From positions 9,697 to 73,696 of the forward strand of contig MGGJ01000004.1 of assembly GCA_001792345.1 (NCBI GenBank): a stretch of 64,000 bases of DNA. Reading direction: 5' to 3'. The notes beneath the pieces were generated by a model that had not been told where the DNA came from, searched no databases, and saw only the letters and a list, made by a program, of their open reading frames with translations. The first letter of the stretch is position 1. Every line of letters starts with the position of its first letter. Made by a program: the position numbers and the translations under genes. Origin of the DNA: Candidatus Woesebacteria bacterium RIFCSPHIGHO2_01_FULL_39_32. GTDB lineage: Bacteria; Patescibacteriota; Microgenomatia; UBA8517. Shown piece by piece: positions 17,996-27,372 of the stretch.

Positions 17996-18439
17996 TTAAA
18001 CATTTTTATTTCTCCTTAACTTCGCTTTTGGGATTTTTACATCTTTTTTTTCTTCCTTCAAATTTACTATTTTAGAATTTGTTTGAGATTTGGATTTTGA
18101 GATTTGGTCATTTCGAGTTGTCAAGACAACTCGGATGTGACTCATTCTTCTTTTGTAGGGTTTTGCCCGCCCCCGTGCTCCCGCTCGAAAGCGTTTTAAC
18201 CTAGGACCTTCACCGATCTGGATTTCTTTAAAGATTAGGGTTTCCACGTTTACTTCCTTTTGCTTAGCATTAGCTATCGCAGTTTTTACTACCTTTTCCA
18301 AAGGTTTCGCTGCTCTTTTACCCGCAAAGGGGAGTCGCTCGACCGCCCCCGTTGGAGAAAGTTTCTTAATAAGTGCGACCACCTCCCGCAACTTTTTGGG
18401 AGAGGAAAGCACAAATTTTTGTGTTGCTTTAAATTCCAT
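17996..18439 (-). CDS. rplV: 50S ribosomal protein L22, with a ~36-aa Lys-rich C-terminal extension.
   Basis: ...AGKRAAKPLEKVVKTAIANA...GEGPRLKRFRAGARGRAKPYKRRMSHIRVVL, followed by ISKSKSQTNSKIVNLKEEKKDVKIPKAKLRRNKNV. Confidence 0.9.
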   Translation of the reverse strand: MEFKATQKFVLSSPKKLREVVALIKKLSPTGAVERLPFAGKRAAKPLEKVVKTAIANAKQKEVNVETLIFKEIQIGEGPRLKRFRAGARGRAKPYKRRMSHIRVVLTTRNDQISKSKSQTNSKIVNLKEEKKDVKIPKAKLRRNKNV

Positions 18440-18511
18440 ATGCTTGCCCCGTAGAATCGCTCCTCCGACACAAGGCTATAAACCTCGGTAGGAGATAAGA
18501 GTTCTTCGGGG

Positions 18512-18793
18512 TTAAGTTTTCTCAAGAGTCCTTTTGACAACCTGTCCGTGACCTCTAAAAGTTCTTGTCAGAGCAAACTCACCCAGTCTATGACCTACCA
18601 TGTCTTCGGTAACAAATACGTCAATAAAGATGCGACCATTATGAACCTTAAAGTATTTCCCGACGAATTCAGGGGGTATCTGACTACTACGAAACCATGT
18701 TTTTATTGGATTCCCTTTATCGCCTAGCCCCCCCTTTACCTTTTTTACAAGGCGTTCATCAACATACGGCCCCTTTTTACTTGATCTTGACAT
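18512..18793 (-). CDS. rpsS: 30S ribosomal protein S19.
   Basis: [19 protein letters not shown]...[32 protein letters not shown]. Confidence 0.95.
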   Translation of the reverse strand: MSRSSKKGPYVDERLVKKVKGGLGDKGNPIKTWFRSSQIPPEFVGKYFKVHNGRIFIDVFVTEDMVGHRLGEFALTRTFRGHGQVVKRTLEKT

Positions 18794-18798
18794 ATCTT

Positions 18799-19554
18799 TT
18801 AGCCTACGTGCGGTCCTTTCTTTCTTGGTTTAACAATTAACTTATCCGAATATTTTTTATGCTTTCTTGTCTTACCTACAGCAGGTTTGCCATAGACAGT
18901 CTTTGGATATTTCATTCCGACTCCGCTTCTTCCTTCTCCCCCTCCGTGCGGATGAGCGTTAGGATGCATTGCAACACCGCGTACACTGGGACGTATTCCC
19001 ATATTTCTTTTGCGTCCCGCTTTTCCTAAACGCCGACTTCGTTCCTCGATATTTCCTACCTGACCCACAGTTGCCCAACTCTCAGGATTAAACCTTCGTA
19101 CTTCACCTGAGGTTAGTTTAATAAGTACGTACTCTCCTTCTTTCCCTTGCACGACCGCCACACTTCCTGCTCCTCTTATCATTTGCCCTCCTTTGCCAGG
19201 CTTTATTTCTATATTATGAATTTGAGTTCCTGCAGGTATTTTTTTAAGAGGAAGTGCGTTACCTACTTCAACCGGTGCAGATTCAGATGATATCACACGT
19301 CCCCCTTCTTTTAAACCTAAAGGCATCAAAATGTAGCGCCGCTCACCATCTTGGTATTTCACCATCGCTAATTGTACGTTTCTATTTGGATCGTAATCTA
19401 TTGACTCAACAACTCCCCAAACATCGTGTTTATTTCTTTTAAAATCAATTCCCCTTAAATATCTTTTGCTACGCCCTCCTTGGTGACGGACTGAAATGTG
19501 CCCTTTTGCACCTCTACCCGACTTTTTTGGCAAAATTGTAAATAGTTCTCTCAT
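18799..19554 (-). CDS. rplB: 50S ribosomal protein L2 (N-terminally ~25 aa shorter than typical bacterial L2).
   Basis: [11 protein letters not shown]...IDFKR...[26 protein letters not shown]...HPHGGGEGR. The ATGA overlap with the rplW stop is conserved. Confidence 0.9.
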   Translation of the reverse strand: MRELFTILPKKSGRGAKGHISVRHQGGRSKRYLRGIDFKRNKHDVWGVVESIDYDPNRNVQLAMVKYQDGERRYILMPLGLKEGGRVISSESAPVEVGNALPLKKIPAGTQIHNIEIKPGKGGQMIRGAGSVAVVQGKEGEYVLIKLTSGEVRRFNPESWATVGQVGNIEERSRRLGKAGRKRNMGIRPSVRGVAMHPNAHPHGGGEGRSGVGMKYPKTVYGKPAVGKTRKHKKYSDKLIVKPRKKGPHVG

Positions 19555-19835
19555 TTTTTCTTTTTAGTTTCAAATAAATCAATCTTTTCCTTCTCTTTCA
19601 GAGTAACTATAGCCTTCTTTTCCGGCAGAATTACTCTTTTTGTTCCTCTCTGAGTGCGTTTTCTCTCACCTGATTCTTTTACTGTACGGACACTCACAGC
19701 ATGAACTCCAAATACATCTTCAATAAGTTTTTTTATTTGAAATTTGTTTAATCCGAGTCCGACTCTAAACGTATATTTTCCTTCTTCGGCTAGCTTTAGT
19801 GTTTTTTCGGTTAATATTGGTTCTAATTTATTCAT
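19551..19835 (-). CDS. rplW: 50S ribosomal protein L23.
   Basis: ILTEKTLKLAEEGKYTFRV...NKFQIKKLIEDVFGVHAVSVRTV. Confidence 0.9.
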   Translation of the reverse strand: MNKLEPILTEKTLKLAEEGKYTFRVGLGLNKFQIKKLIEDVFGVHAVSVRTVKESGERKRTQRGTKRVILPEKKAIVTLKEKEKIDLFETKKKK

Positions 19836-20530
19836 TTTTCTTTACTTTTCTTAGCTTTCCTTTTGGTTTTTACTCTTGTTACCTTTGAAGTTACTTTTCT
19901 GGGTGTGGAGGCTTTTTCTTTTATTTCCACTTGTTTTGGGGAAAGTGCTTCTTTATCTAAAATGATTGTTCCTCCTAAATATACACCATGAGCGTTCAAG
20001 CCTCTAAAAGGGATTATGTTGATATTTGAAATATTTCTAGCTAGCTTTTGTAATTGAAGATTTTGGTCCGACAAAACCAGCGTGAAACGAGAGCCTCCGA
20101 TTTTTTTAAGAAGAGCTGCTATTTCTTTTGTCTTTTTAAAGTCACTCAAAGCATCTACGACAAGAAGTTTTCCTTCTTTTGCAGCCATTGTTAAAGCTGC
20201 GCCAAGTGCGATCTTGCGCATTCTGGCGGGAAGAGATAAACTCCTCTTTAAACCTTTTGGTCCGTGTGCCACTCCTCCTCCGACAAATATTGGGGCCGAT
20301 TTGGCTCCATGACGCGCGCCACCCGTTCCTTTTTGCCGATAAATTTTACGAGTGGATGCAATAACTTCACCGCGGGTTTTCACTTTTGCTAATCCTGGAT
20401 GAAGTCTTGCTTCATATACATGAATTGCTTGGGCTAAAAGCGGTAAATTTTCTTTTTCCACAAACCTCTCCGGCAGATTTGTACTACCTTTCTTTATTCC
20501 TTTTGCCGAATAAACATCTAGTTTAACCAT
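19832..20530 (-). CDS. rplD: 50S ribosomal protein L4, with a Lys-rich C-terminal tail.
   Basis: RQKGTGGARHGAKSAPIFVGGGVAHGPK...KLLVVDAL. Confidence 0.9.
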   Translation of the reverse strand: MVKLDVYSAKGIKKGSTNLPERFVEKENLPLLAQAIHVYEARLHPGLAKVKTRGEVIASTRKIYRQKGTGGARHGAKSAPIFVGGGVAHGPKGLKRSLSLPARMRKIALGAALTMAAKEGKLLVVDALSDFKKTKEIAALLKKIGGSRFTLVLSDQNLQLQKLARNISNINIIPFRGLNAHGVYLGGTIILDKEALSPKQVEIKEKASTPRKVTSKVTRVKTKRKAKKSKEK

Positions 20531-20532
20531 TA

Positions 20533-21321
20533 TTATTCCTTTTTACCTTCTGTTTTTTCATCGTTTCCACTTCCTGCTTCTCCATTGCCCTCCATAGCAT
20601 CGGCGTCGGAGGGTTCAACTTGTTGGATCTCGACTTGTGGAGCTTCTTCTACCAACTCTTCCAGGCTTCCCTCAGCTAGTTTTTTGATAATTAAAAGACC
20701 ACCTGGGACGCCCGGGACAGGACCGGAAACCGCAATTAAGCCAGCCTCTTTATCAACATCGACAACAATTAAATTTTTAACAGTCACTCTGTCGCCTCCC
20801 ATTCGACCAGCCATTTTTTTACCTTTTAGAACTCTTCCCGGAGTTGTTCCTTGACCAATTGATCCGGGAGCTCTTTCGCGATCACTTTGTCCATGTGTTC
20901 GAGGACCACCATGAAAACCCCAGCGTTTCACAACACCGGCAAATCCTTTCCCCTTAGAAGTTCCTGTTATGGCAATTACATCTCCCTTTTTAAAAACATC
21001 GGAGACAGAAATAATATCTCCTACCTTAAATTCGGGTTCGCTATCCAATCGTACTTCGCGCAAAAAACGCGGCATTTTATTTTGAATTTTGAATTTTGAA
21101 TTTTGAGTTGACTTTCTGAGGTGACCTTGAAGTGGTTTTGAAGTGTTTTTGAGGTTTCTATTTCCGAATCCGAGTTGTACTGCCCAATATCCGTCCTTTT
21201 CAATATTCTTAATCTGGGTAACGACACAGGGGCCTACCTTTATCCATGTAACAGCCACCCTCGTTCCTTCGACGAAGGTCTGACTCATTTTTTGTTTTGA
21301 ACCGAGAATTGTATTTAGCAT
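20533..21321 (-). CDS. rplC: 50S ribosomal protein L3, with an internal ~8-aa insertion encoded by a heptamer repeat and a ~50-aa acidic C-terminal tail.
   Basis: ILGSKQKMSQTF...VTQIK...GTSKGKGFAGVVKRWGFHGGPRTHGQSDRERAPGSIGQGTTPGRVLKGKKMAGRMG. The insertion is KSTQNSKFKIQNKMP and the tail is EELVEEAPQVEIQQVEPSDADAMEGNGEAGSGNDEKTEGKKE. Confidence 0.9.
   Translation of the reverse strand: MLNTILGSKQKMSQTFVEGTRVAVTWIKVGPCVVTQIKNIEKDGYWAVQLGFGNRNLKNTSKPLQGHLRKSTQNSKFKIQNKMPRFLREVRLDSEPEFKVGDIISVSDVFKKGDVIAITGTSKGKGFAGVVKRWGFHGGPRTHGQSDRERAPGSIGQGTTPGRVLKGKKMAGRMGGDRVTVKNLIVVDVDKEAGLIAVSGPVPGVPGGLLIIKKLAEGSLEELVEEAPQVEIQQVEPSDADAMEGNGEAGSGNDEKTEGKKE
21080..21107. repeat. Tandem heptamer (TTTTGAA)x4 inside the rplC coding sequence.
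   Basis: Read directly: ttttgaattttgaattttgaattttgag. It encodes the NSKFKIQNK insertion. Confidence 0.8.
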
Positions 21322-21328
21322 TTTTTTA

Positions 21329-21354
21329 CACTAAAAAAGGCGCCAGGGCGCCTT
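21329..21354 (-). terminator. Intrinsic-terminator / attenuator-like hairpin on the minus strand, 10-15 nt upstream of the rplC start codon.
   Basis: Minus strand reads AAGGCGCC-CT-GGCGCCTT followed by TTTTAGTG. It is a GC-rich 7-8-bp stem in an AT-rich context with a 6-T tract. Confidence 0.5.
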
Positions 21355-21427
21355 CAATTCAAACTCAGGCACTTTCTAGCAGGAAATTTACGTGGTCATG
21401 TGTGACGAACCACCTCCACTATCGCAA

Positions 21428-21456
21428 ATTATATCAAATGATCTCGAATCACGCAA
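21428..21456 (-). promoter_or_regulatory. Candidate sigma70-type promoter for the rplC...rplQ transcription unit: TTGCGT-N17-TATAAT.
   Basis: On the minus strand, the -35 TTGCGT maps to + 21451-21456 and the -10 TATAAT to + 21428-21433, 17 nt apart. The -10 lies ~75 nt upstream of the attenuator hairpin. Confidence 0.35.
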
Positions 21457-21468
21457 CATATATCCTTT

Positions 21469-21477
21469 TGTTATAAT
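21469..21477 (+). promoter_or_regulatory. Extended -10 promoter (TGtTATAAT) for the GNAT gene. The predicted TSS coincides with the ATG, giving a leaderless mRNA.
   Basis: ttTGtTATAATccaatcATGG; the -10 ends 6 nt before the start codon at 21484. Confidence 0.35.
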
Positions 21478-21483
21478 CCAATC

Positions 21484-21955
21484 ATGGTTGAGGTTAAAAA
21501 ACTGAAAGAAGAAGATCTCCCAAAGGTTGTCAAATTAAGTATTAATATCTTCAAACCAAGTGAAAATGAAATAAATAAATTTCACAATACTCAAAAGTGG
21601 ACGGAAAATTACTCGAAAGATAGCCTACTATTAGGAGCTTTTTTTTAATGGCTTTCTTGCAGCTTTTCTTTTTGGTTATAGAAATGACCTGGAAAAAAAC
21701 AGCTTTCATATTTGGATGTGCGGGGTAGACCAGGAGTATCGAAGAAAAGGTCTAATAAAATTACTAATGAATGAATCCTTTCAACAGGCAGGAAAAGAAG
21801 GCTATTTATACGTAACGATAAATACTTACAAAGATAAATTTCCCGCAATATACTCGTACCTAACAAACTATGGTTTTAAAGAATACAAAAAGGAGCCAAA
21901 TAATTGGAATGGGCAAAAGATAGTCAAAAGCTTCTTTAGAAAAAATATAGAATAA
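21484..21955 (+). pseudogene. GNAT-family N-acetyltransferase disrupted by a frameshift within a T8 homopolymer (~21640-21647).
   Basis: Frame A (below the ORF-track cutoff) gives MVEVKKLKEEDLPKVVKLSINIFKPSENEINKFHNTQKWTENYSKDSLLLGAFF*. After a -1 shift at gagcTTTTTTTTaatggc it continues GFLAAFLFGYRNDLEKNSFHIWMCGVDQEYRRKGLIKLLMNESFQQAG... (the acetyl-CoA binding Q/RxxGxG/A motif). Seven T residues would restore one 157-aa ORF. Confidence 0.55.
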
Positions 21956-21973
21956 ACCTACACCTAACACTAA

Positions 21974-22864
21974 ATGAAACGGTTAATAATACTTATTCTA
22001 GCTTCAGTAATTTCCCTTTCTATACTGTTTTTTGTTTTTAGTAAGCATCAAGAAACAAAAAAATATTTGCAAAACAATACTGTACTAATACAACATAGTT
22101 ATATCTTGATGGGAGATACTGGTACTGGAAATAGCAATCAATCCGAGGTCGCTGAGGGAGTAAAGAGTTACTGTAGTTTTACCCAAAATTGTAAGGCTGT
22201 ATTTATGCTAGGAGATGTAATTTATGACGAAGGGGTTACTGGAATAAAAGATGAACAATTTTTAACTAAGTTCGAAAAACCTTATGCAGATATTTCATTG
22301 CCCTTTTACATCCTTTTTGGAAACCACGATTATATCGGATGTACATCCTGTTACCTTGAGTACGACAAACTTTCAACTAAATGGGAAATACCGGCAAGAT
22401 TTTACCTTCAAAATTATAAATCTGTTAGCTTTTATGCTATTGATACGGAAAATTTTGACAACGAACAGAAAAGCTGGCTTATAAACCAACTCTCTCAAAA
22501 TTCTTCAAAATGGAAAATCGTTTTAGGACACAGACCAATAAAAACATTCGAGGAAACAAAGCTAAATGAAAAATGGAATGGCGATGAAGAACTAAAAAAA
22601 ATATTGTGTAACTTTGCTGATTTTTATATCTCTGGGCACTCACATATTTTGGAAGATGCGGGACAAGTTGAAAATTGTAGGGTAAGACAATTTATATCAG
22701 GCACTGGCGGTTCTTATCCCCGAAACGTAAAAAAACCATATGAAGGAAAATTTTACTTTGAGGATAATGGTTTTCTTGCATTAACAGTAAGTGGTAAAAA
22801 TATTCGATTTGAGTTCTTTGATAAAACCGGCAACTCTCTATATAATTTTACCGCTGAAAAATGA
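21974..22864 (+). CDS. Calcineurin-like metallophosphoesterase (purple-acid-phosphatase-like) with an N-terminal signal/anchor.
   Basis: N-terminal TM is MKRLIILILASVISLSILFFVF. Metal-ligand motifs are GDTGTG, GDVIYDEG, GNHDY, GHRP and GHSHILE. Confidence 0.75.
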   Translation: MKRLIILILASVISLSILFFVFSKHQETKKYLQNNTVLIQHSYILMGDTGTGNSNQSEVAEGVKSYCSFTQNCKAVFMLGDVIYDEGVTGIKDEQFLTKFEKPYADISLPFYILFGNHDYIGCTSCYLEYDKLSTKWEIPARFYLQNYKSVSFYAIDTENFDNEQKSWLINQLSQNSSKWKIVLGHRPIKTFEETKLNEKWNGDEELKKILCNFADFYISGHSHILEDAGQVENCRVRQFISGTGGSYPRNVKKPYEGKFYFEDNGFLALTVSGKNIRFEFFDKTGNSLYNFTAEK

Positions 22865-22893
22865 AAACTATTCTACTTACTTCCATTTCGCCG

Positions 22894-23205
22894 TTACATC
22901 TTTATCTCTATGCTCACTCCCGCTGGGAGGTCGAGATTGGAGAGAGAATCAATTGTACGACCGGTTGGCTCAACGATATCAATTAATCTTTTGTGAACTA
23001 ATACTTCGAAATGTTCCTGTGCGTCCTTGTCTGTAAAAGGGGATTTTAAAACAGGTATTAATGTTCTTTTGGTGGGAAGGGGAATGGGGCCTTTTATCTT
23101 TGCACCTGTTGCCATGGCCGTATCGATAATTTTAAGCACAGCCTCATCGATCACTCGGTGATCGTAGCTTTTTAGCTTTACTCTGAGTCTGCCTCCAGTA
23201 GCCAT
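22894..23205 (-). CDS. rpsJ: 30S ribosomal protein S10. Start placed at MATGG, not the upstream Met in the ORF track.
   Basis: RLRVKLKSYDHRVIDEAVLKIIDTAMATGAKIKGPIPLPTKRTLIPVLKSPFTDKDAQEHFEVLVHKRLIDIVEPTGRTIDSLSNLDLPAGVSIEIK. Confidence 0.9.
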   Translation of the reverse strand: MATGGRLRVKLKSYDHRVIDEAVLKIIDTAMATGAKIKGPIPLPTKRTLIPVLKSPFTDKDAQEHFEVLVHKRLIDIVEPTGRTIDSLSNLDLPAGVSIEIKM

Positions 23206-23219
23206 GGTTCGGTCAAGGT

Positions 23220-23244
23220 ACAAAAAACCCAGCTGAGCTGGGTG
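23220..23244 (-). terminator. Intrinsic-terminator-like hairpin between the tuf stop and the rpsJ start. It may act as an attenuator.
   Basis: Minus strand reads ACCCAGC-TCA-GCTGGGT followed by TTTTTTGTACC. The T tract ends ~18 nt before the rpsJ ATG. Confidence 0.5.
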
Positions 23245-23259
23245 ACTTAAATAGTCATT

Positions 23260-24459
23260 TTATCCAACTATCTTAGTGATTACTCCAGCTCCAACGGTCT
23301 GTCCACCCTCGCGAATAGCAAATCTCCAGCCTTCTTCCATTGCAACAGGCTGGATAAGTTTCACTTTCATTTTAGCAGAGTCGCCAGGCATGACCATTTC
23401 AATTCCCTCAGGAAGTGTAACTTCTCCTGTGATATCTGCTGTTCGAACATAAAATTGTGGTTTGTAACCGGTGAAAAATGGAGTGTGGCGTCCACCTTCC
23501 TCTTTGCTTAAAATATACACTTCTGCTTCAAATTCCGTGTGTGGGGTTACTGTCCCAGGCTTAGCCAGAACTTGACCTCTTTCAATTTCATCTTTTTCAA
23601 CTCCACGAAGTAAAACTCCTACATTATCTCCTGCCTGAGTTTCATCTAAAGTCTTTCTAAACATCTCAAGCCCTGTAACTACCGTCTTTTTGGTTGGTTT
23701 AAGTCCAATAATCTCGACTTCTTCATTGATCTTAAGAGAGCCACGCTCAACTCTACCCGTAGCGACTGTTCCCCGACCCTTAATAGAAAAGACGTCTTCC
23801 ACCGGCATAACAAAAGGCTTATCAACATCTCTTACCGGATCAGGTATATACTCATCAACAGCTTTCATGAGTTCCAAAATTTGTTTTTCTGCTTCAGCAT
23901 CACCTTCGAGTGCCTTAAGCGCGGAAACTTTGATAATTGGAACTTCGTCACCTGGATATTCGTATTTTTTGAGAAGATCTCGTACGTCTGATTCGACAAG
24001 TTCTATAATCTCGGGATCATCAACTGCATCAATTTTATTAAGAGCTACCACAATTGCAGGCACATTAACTTGGCGCGCTAAAATTACGTGTTCTCGAGTT
24101 TGAGGCATTGGACCATCCGGAGCGGAAATAACCAAGATTGCTCCGTCCATCTGAGCGGCACCCGTAATCATATTTTTGATATAATCTGCGTGCCCAGGAG
24201 CATCGATATGGGCGTAGTGGCGTTTGTCTGTTTCGTATTCGACGTGGGTGATATTAATTGTAACTCCTCTTTCTTTTTCTTCGGGGGCGTTATCGATTTC
24301 GTCAAATTTGTAAGCTTTTGTTTTATTTCCTGATTGTTTGGAGAGAACGGTAGTAATAGCAGCCGTCAAGGTTGTCTTTCCATGGTCGACATGACCTATA
24401 GTTCCAACATTGACGTGCGGTTTTGTTCTTTCAAATTTTTGTTTTGTTTCTCCTGCCAT
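23260..24459 (-). CDS. tuf: Elongation factor Tu.
   Basis: [15 protein letters not shown]...[13 protein letters not shown]...[25 protein letters not shown]...NKIDAV. Confidence 0.97.
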   Translation of the reverse strand: MAGETKQKFERTKPHVNVGTIGHVDHGKTTLTAAITTVLSKQSGNKTKAYKFDEIDNAPEEKERGVTINITHVEYETDKRHYAHIDAPGHADYIKNMITGAAQMDGAILVISAPDGPMPQTREHVILARQVNVPAIVVALNKIDAVDDPEIIELVESDVRDLLKKYEYPGDEVPIIKVSALKALEGDAEAEKQILELMKAVDEYIPDPVRDVDKPFVMPVEDVFSIKGRGTVATGRVERGSLKINEEVEIIGLKPTKKTVVTGLEMFRKTLDETQAGDNVGVLLRGVEKDEIERGQVLAKPGTVTPHTEFEAEVYILSKEEGGRHTPFFTGYKPQFYVRTADITGEVTLPEGIEMVMPGDSAKMKVKLIQPVAMEEGWRFAIREGGQTVGAGVITKIVG

Positions 24460-24504
24460 AATTTAAATCGATTAGTTAATTCGTTAATTAGTATAAAAAC
24501 TTAT

Positions 24505-24532
24505 TGCCCAAAAAACAAGGGCATATTGCCCC
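24505..24532 (-). promoter_or_regulatory. Two overlapping, mutually exclusive hairpins in the fusA-tuf spacer, one with a T tract (a partial terminator or attenuator).
   Basis: Minus strand reads GGGCA-ATA-TGCCC then TTGTTTTTTGGGCA. Alternative pairing is TGCCC-ttgtttttt-GGGCA. Confidence 0.35.
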
Positions 24533-24595
24533 AAGTAGACCGTATTATATTAAACCTAAATTAACTATGTCAATACTTAATTGAATTTCCGTATT

Positions 24596-26767
24596 TCAGG
24601 CTCTATGAAATGTCACCGTTCCTCTTTGGGCAATTAAATTATTGGCAATATTTGAAGGAACCTCTTCATAGTGACTCGGTTCCATATAAAAACTTGCTCT
24701 TCCTTGAGAAATTGAACGAAGTTTAGTAGCATACCCTGAAAGTTCGGCCAAAGGCGCCAAAGCATCGATAACCGTCATTACGCCTTTCTTTTCCGTACTT
24801 TGAATTTGAGCCCGCTTACTGGACAGATCCCCGATTATATCTCCCATAAATTCATCGGGTGTTGAAACCTCTATCTTCATGATTGGCTCAAGAAGCACCA
24901 TGTCGGCTTTTTTGGCCGCTTCTTCTAGGGCTAATGAACCCGCAATTTTAAATGCTATTTCAGATGAATCAACCTCGTGATAGGACCCATCGTAAACTGC
25001 AACTAACATATCGGTCATTGGAAAACCAGCTAATATTCCATTTTCCATTTTCTCTCGGACTCCTTTTTCGATTGCAGGAATAAACTCCGACGGAATTGCC
25101 CCTCCTTTAATCTCAGATTTCCATTCATAGCCTTCGCCGCGGCCTTTGGGTTCAACTCGCAAGAAGCAGTGTCCATATTGTCCTCGACCTCCGGTTTGGC
25201 GAATATATTTTCCCTCACCCTGAGCACTTCTTTTTATAGTCTCTTTATAAGCAACCTGAGGTGCACCTGTTTTTGCATCAACATTAAATTCTCTCTTCAT
25301 ACGGTCGACCAAAACCTCAAGTTGCAGCTCACCCATTCCCGATATAATGGTTTGTCCTGTTTCAGGGTTTGACTTAATCCTAAAAGTCGGATCCTCGTCA
25401 GAAAGCTTCTGAAGCGCCAGTCCCATTTTCTCCTGGTCAGACTTTGTTGCAGGTTCAATAGCTAACGAAATAACCGGCTCAGGAAAACTAATTGATTCTA
25501 AAAGGATCGGACCGGACGGATCGGATAAAGAGTCCCCCGTAGTCGTATCTTTTATCCCAACTGCTGCCACAATTTCTCCTGCATAGGCTTCATCTATGAG
25601 TTCTCGTTGATCAGCATGAAGTAATACCAATTTTCCTATCCTCTCCTGATGTTGTCTTGAAATGTTTAATATCACTTGTCCCGCTTTTAAAGTTCCAGAG
25701 TAAATCCTTAAGTAAACTAAACGCCCAACATGTGGGTCCGTAACTACCTTAAAGGCAAGGGCACAAAACTTTTCTTGATTAGTACGTTCTCTTTTCTCGA
25801 TTACCCCAGTATTTGGATTTTGCCCCTCAACGGGTGGAAGATCAACTGGAGAAGGCAAGTATTCTACCACCGCATCCATTAGAAGCTGAACGGTTGCCGT
25901 CCGATTGTCTCCACCCAAAATCGGAAAAAACTTTCCTGAAATAACGCCAGACCTTACTGCCCGCTTAATGTCTATTTCTGATAGTTCCTTGCCCTCTAAA
26001 TACTTGCTAAGAGCTTCGTCATCGAATTCTGCGACTTTCTCGATAAGTTCATCTCTATATTTTTTGGACATTTCTGTAAGTTCAGCTGGTACTTCTTCCT
26101 CGGTTAATTTGTTATCCTCGATTGCTTTATAGGTGCAGGCTTTCATTTTTATAAGATCAACTATGCCGCGAAGATCGTGTTCTAACCCGATTGGAATTTG
26201 AACCGGAGCTGCATTGGCTCCAAGTCTTTCCTGAATTGACTTTATAGAACCTTCAAAATCTGCTCCGATAAGGTTTAGTTTATTCAAAATACAAATACGC
26301 GGGACATTATATCGGTCAGCTTGACGCCATACGGTTTCGGATTGAGATTCCACTCCGGTACGACCATCAAAAACCATTACAGCACCGTCGAGAACTCGCA
26401 AAGAACGTTCAACTTCTGCTGTGAAATCAATGTGACCTGGGGTATCAATAATATTTATGCGGTAATGACCGTTTTCTATTGCGGAGCCTGTTTGAAGGTC
26501 CCAAAAGGTTGTAATTGCAGCAGAAACAATAGTAATTCCGCGCTCACGCTCTTGTGCCATCCAATCAGTAACCGTTGTTCCTTCATCTACAGACCCTTGT
26601 TTATATGTCTTTCCCGTTTCGAAAAGAATTCTCTCAGTTGTAGTTGTTTTCCCTGCATCAATATGAGCAATAATTCCGATATTTCGGATTTTTTCCAATG
26701 GCACATCACGGTCTTTTGTAACCGTCATTACCATTGCTGATTTTTTCTTTGCTTGTTGCCCTGCCAT
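24596..26767 (-). CDS. fusA: Elongation factor G (possible ~12-aa N-terminal extension).
   Basis: [23 protein letters not shown]...[23 protein letters not shown]...[10 protein letters not shown], with domains II-V present. Confidence 0.95.
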   Translation of the reverse strand: MAGQQAKKKSAMVMTVTKDRDVPLEKIRNIGIIAHIDAGKTTTTERILFETGKTYKQGSVDEGTTVTDWMAQERERGITIVSAAITTFWDLQTGSAIENGHYRINIIDTPGHIDFTAEVERSLRVLDGAVMVFDGRTGVESQSETVWRQADRYNVPRICILNKLNLIGADFEGSIKSIQERLGANAAPVQIPIGLEHDLRGIVDLIKMKACTYKAIEDNKLTEEEVPAELTEMSKKYRDELIEKVAEFDDEALSKYLEGKELSEIDIKRAVRSGVISGKFFPILGGDNRTATVQLLMDAVVEYLPSPVDLPPVEGQNPNTGVIEKRERTNQEKFCALAFKVVTDPHVGRLVYLRIYSGTLKAGQVILNISRQHQERIGKLVLLHADQRELIDEAYAGEIVAAVGIKDTTTGDSLSDPSGPILLESISFPEPVISLAIEPATKSDQEKMGLALQKLSDEDPTFRIKSNPETGQTIISGMGELQLEVLVDRMKREFNVDAKTGAPQVAYKETIKRSAQGEGKYIRQTGGRGQYGHCFLRVEPKGRGEGYEWKSEIKGGAIPSEFIPAIEKGVREKMENGILAGFPMTDMLVAVYDGSYHEVDSSEIAFKIAGSLALEEAAKKADMVLLEPIMKIEVSTPDEFMGDIIGDLSSKRAQIQSTEKKGVMTVIDALAPLAELSGYATKLRSISQGRASFYMEPSHYEEVPSNIANNLIAQRGTVTFHRA

Positions 26768-26788
26768 AAGTCTATTCTACAAAATAAA

Positions 26789-26825
26789 CCGCTTCTTTAC
26801 CCGCCTCTGGCGGGCTCGGAAGCAG
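26789..26825 (-). promoter_or_regulatory. Compound GC-rich stem-loop in the rpsG-fusA spacer.
   Basis: The inner stem cccgcc-tct-ggcggg (26800-26814) is nested in an outer stem ccgcttc...gaagcag. Confidence 0.35.
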
Positions 26826-26871
26826 TTACAGATTTTATCAATAGCCTAAAGTTAAATCAATAAAGAAACTA

Positions 26872-27348
26872 CTACCATCTGAAGTGAGAAAATGCCCTAT
26901 TGGCTTCTGCAATCCGTTCAATTTCTTGGCGTTTTTTGACTGCTCCACCTTCTCCATTTGAAGCATCTAAAATCTCAGCTGCGACTTTGTCTGCATAAGT
27001 TTTAAAGCCCGAATTTGAACGGGATCGCGCTGCTGCCACAAGCCAGCGAATAGCCAAAGATTCTTTTCTTTTTCCTTTGACAGGTATAGGTACTTGATAT
27101 GCAGCACCCCCCACTCTTCTTGGTCGAACCTCAGTTACTGGCTTTATGTTCTCAAGTGCTTTTGAAAAAACACTTATAGGATCATCACCTTTTTCTTTAA
27201 TCAGACTTAGTGCTTCATAAATTTCCCTTTGAGCAACACTTTTTTTTCCATCACGCATAGAGGCGTTAATAAGTTTCGCAAGCAACCTGTTTTTATAGAG
27301 TGGATCTGGTTCAACTTCTCTTGGTTTTACTAATCCTTTTCTAGGCAT
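26872..27348 (-). CDS. rpsG: 30S ribosomal protein S7.
   Basis: MPRKGLVKPREVEPDPLYKNRLLAKLINASMRDGKKSVAQ...SHFRW. Confidence 0.95.
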   Translation of the reverse strand: MPRKGLVKPREVEPDPLYKNRLLAKLINASMRDGKKSVAQREIYEALSLIKEKGDDPISVFSKALENIKPVTEVRPRRVGGAAYQVPIPVKGKRKESLAIRWLVAAARSRSNSGFKTYADKVAAEILDASNGEGGAVKKRQEIERIAEANRAFSHFRW

Positions 27349-27372
27349 ACTTTAAATTAAAGAAAAATAATA

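Noticed and set aside
18114-18133. Perfect 9-bp inverted repeat inside rplV as a terminator separating a 'core' L22 from a downstream spacer
   Set aside because: The reading frame continues without a stop through the Lys-rich tail to 17996. Extended basic tails recur on other ribosomal proteins here, so it is treated as coding sequence with a coincident or secondary structural element.
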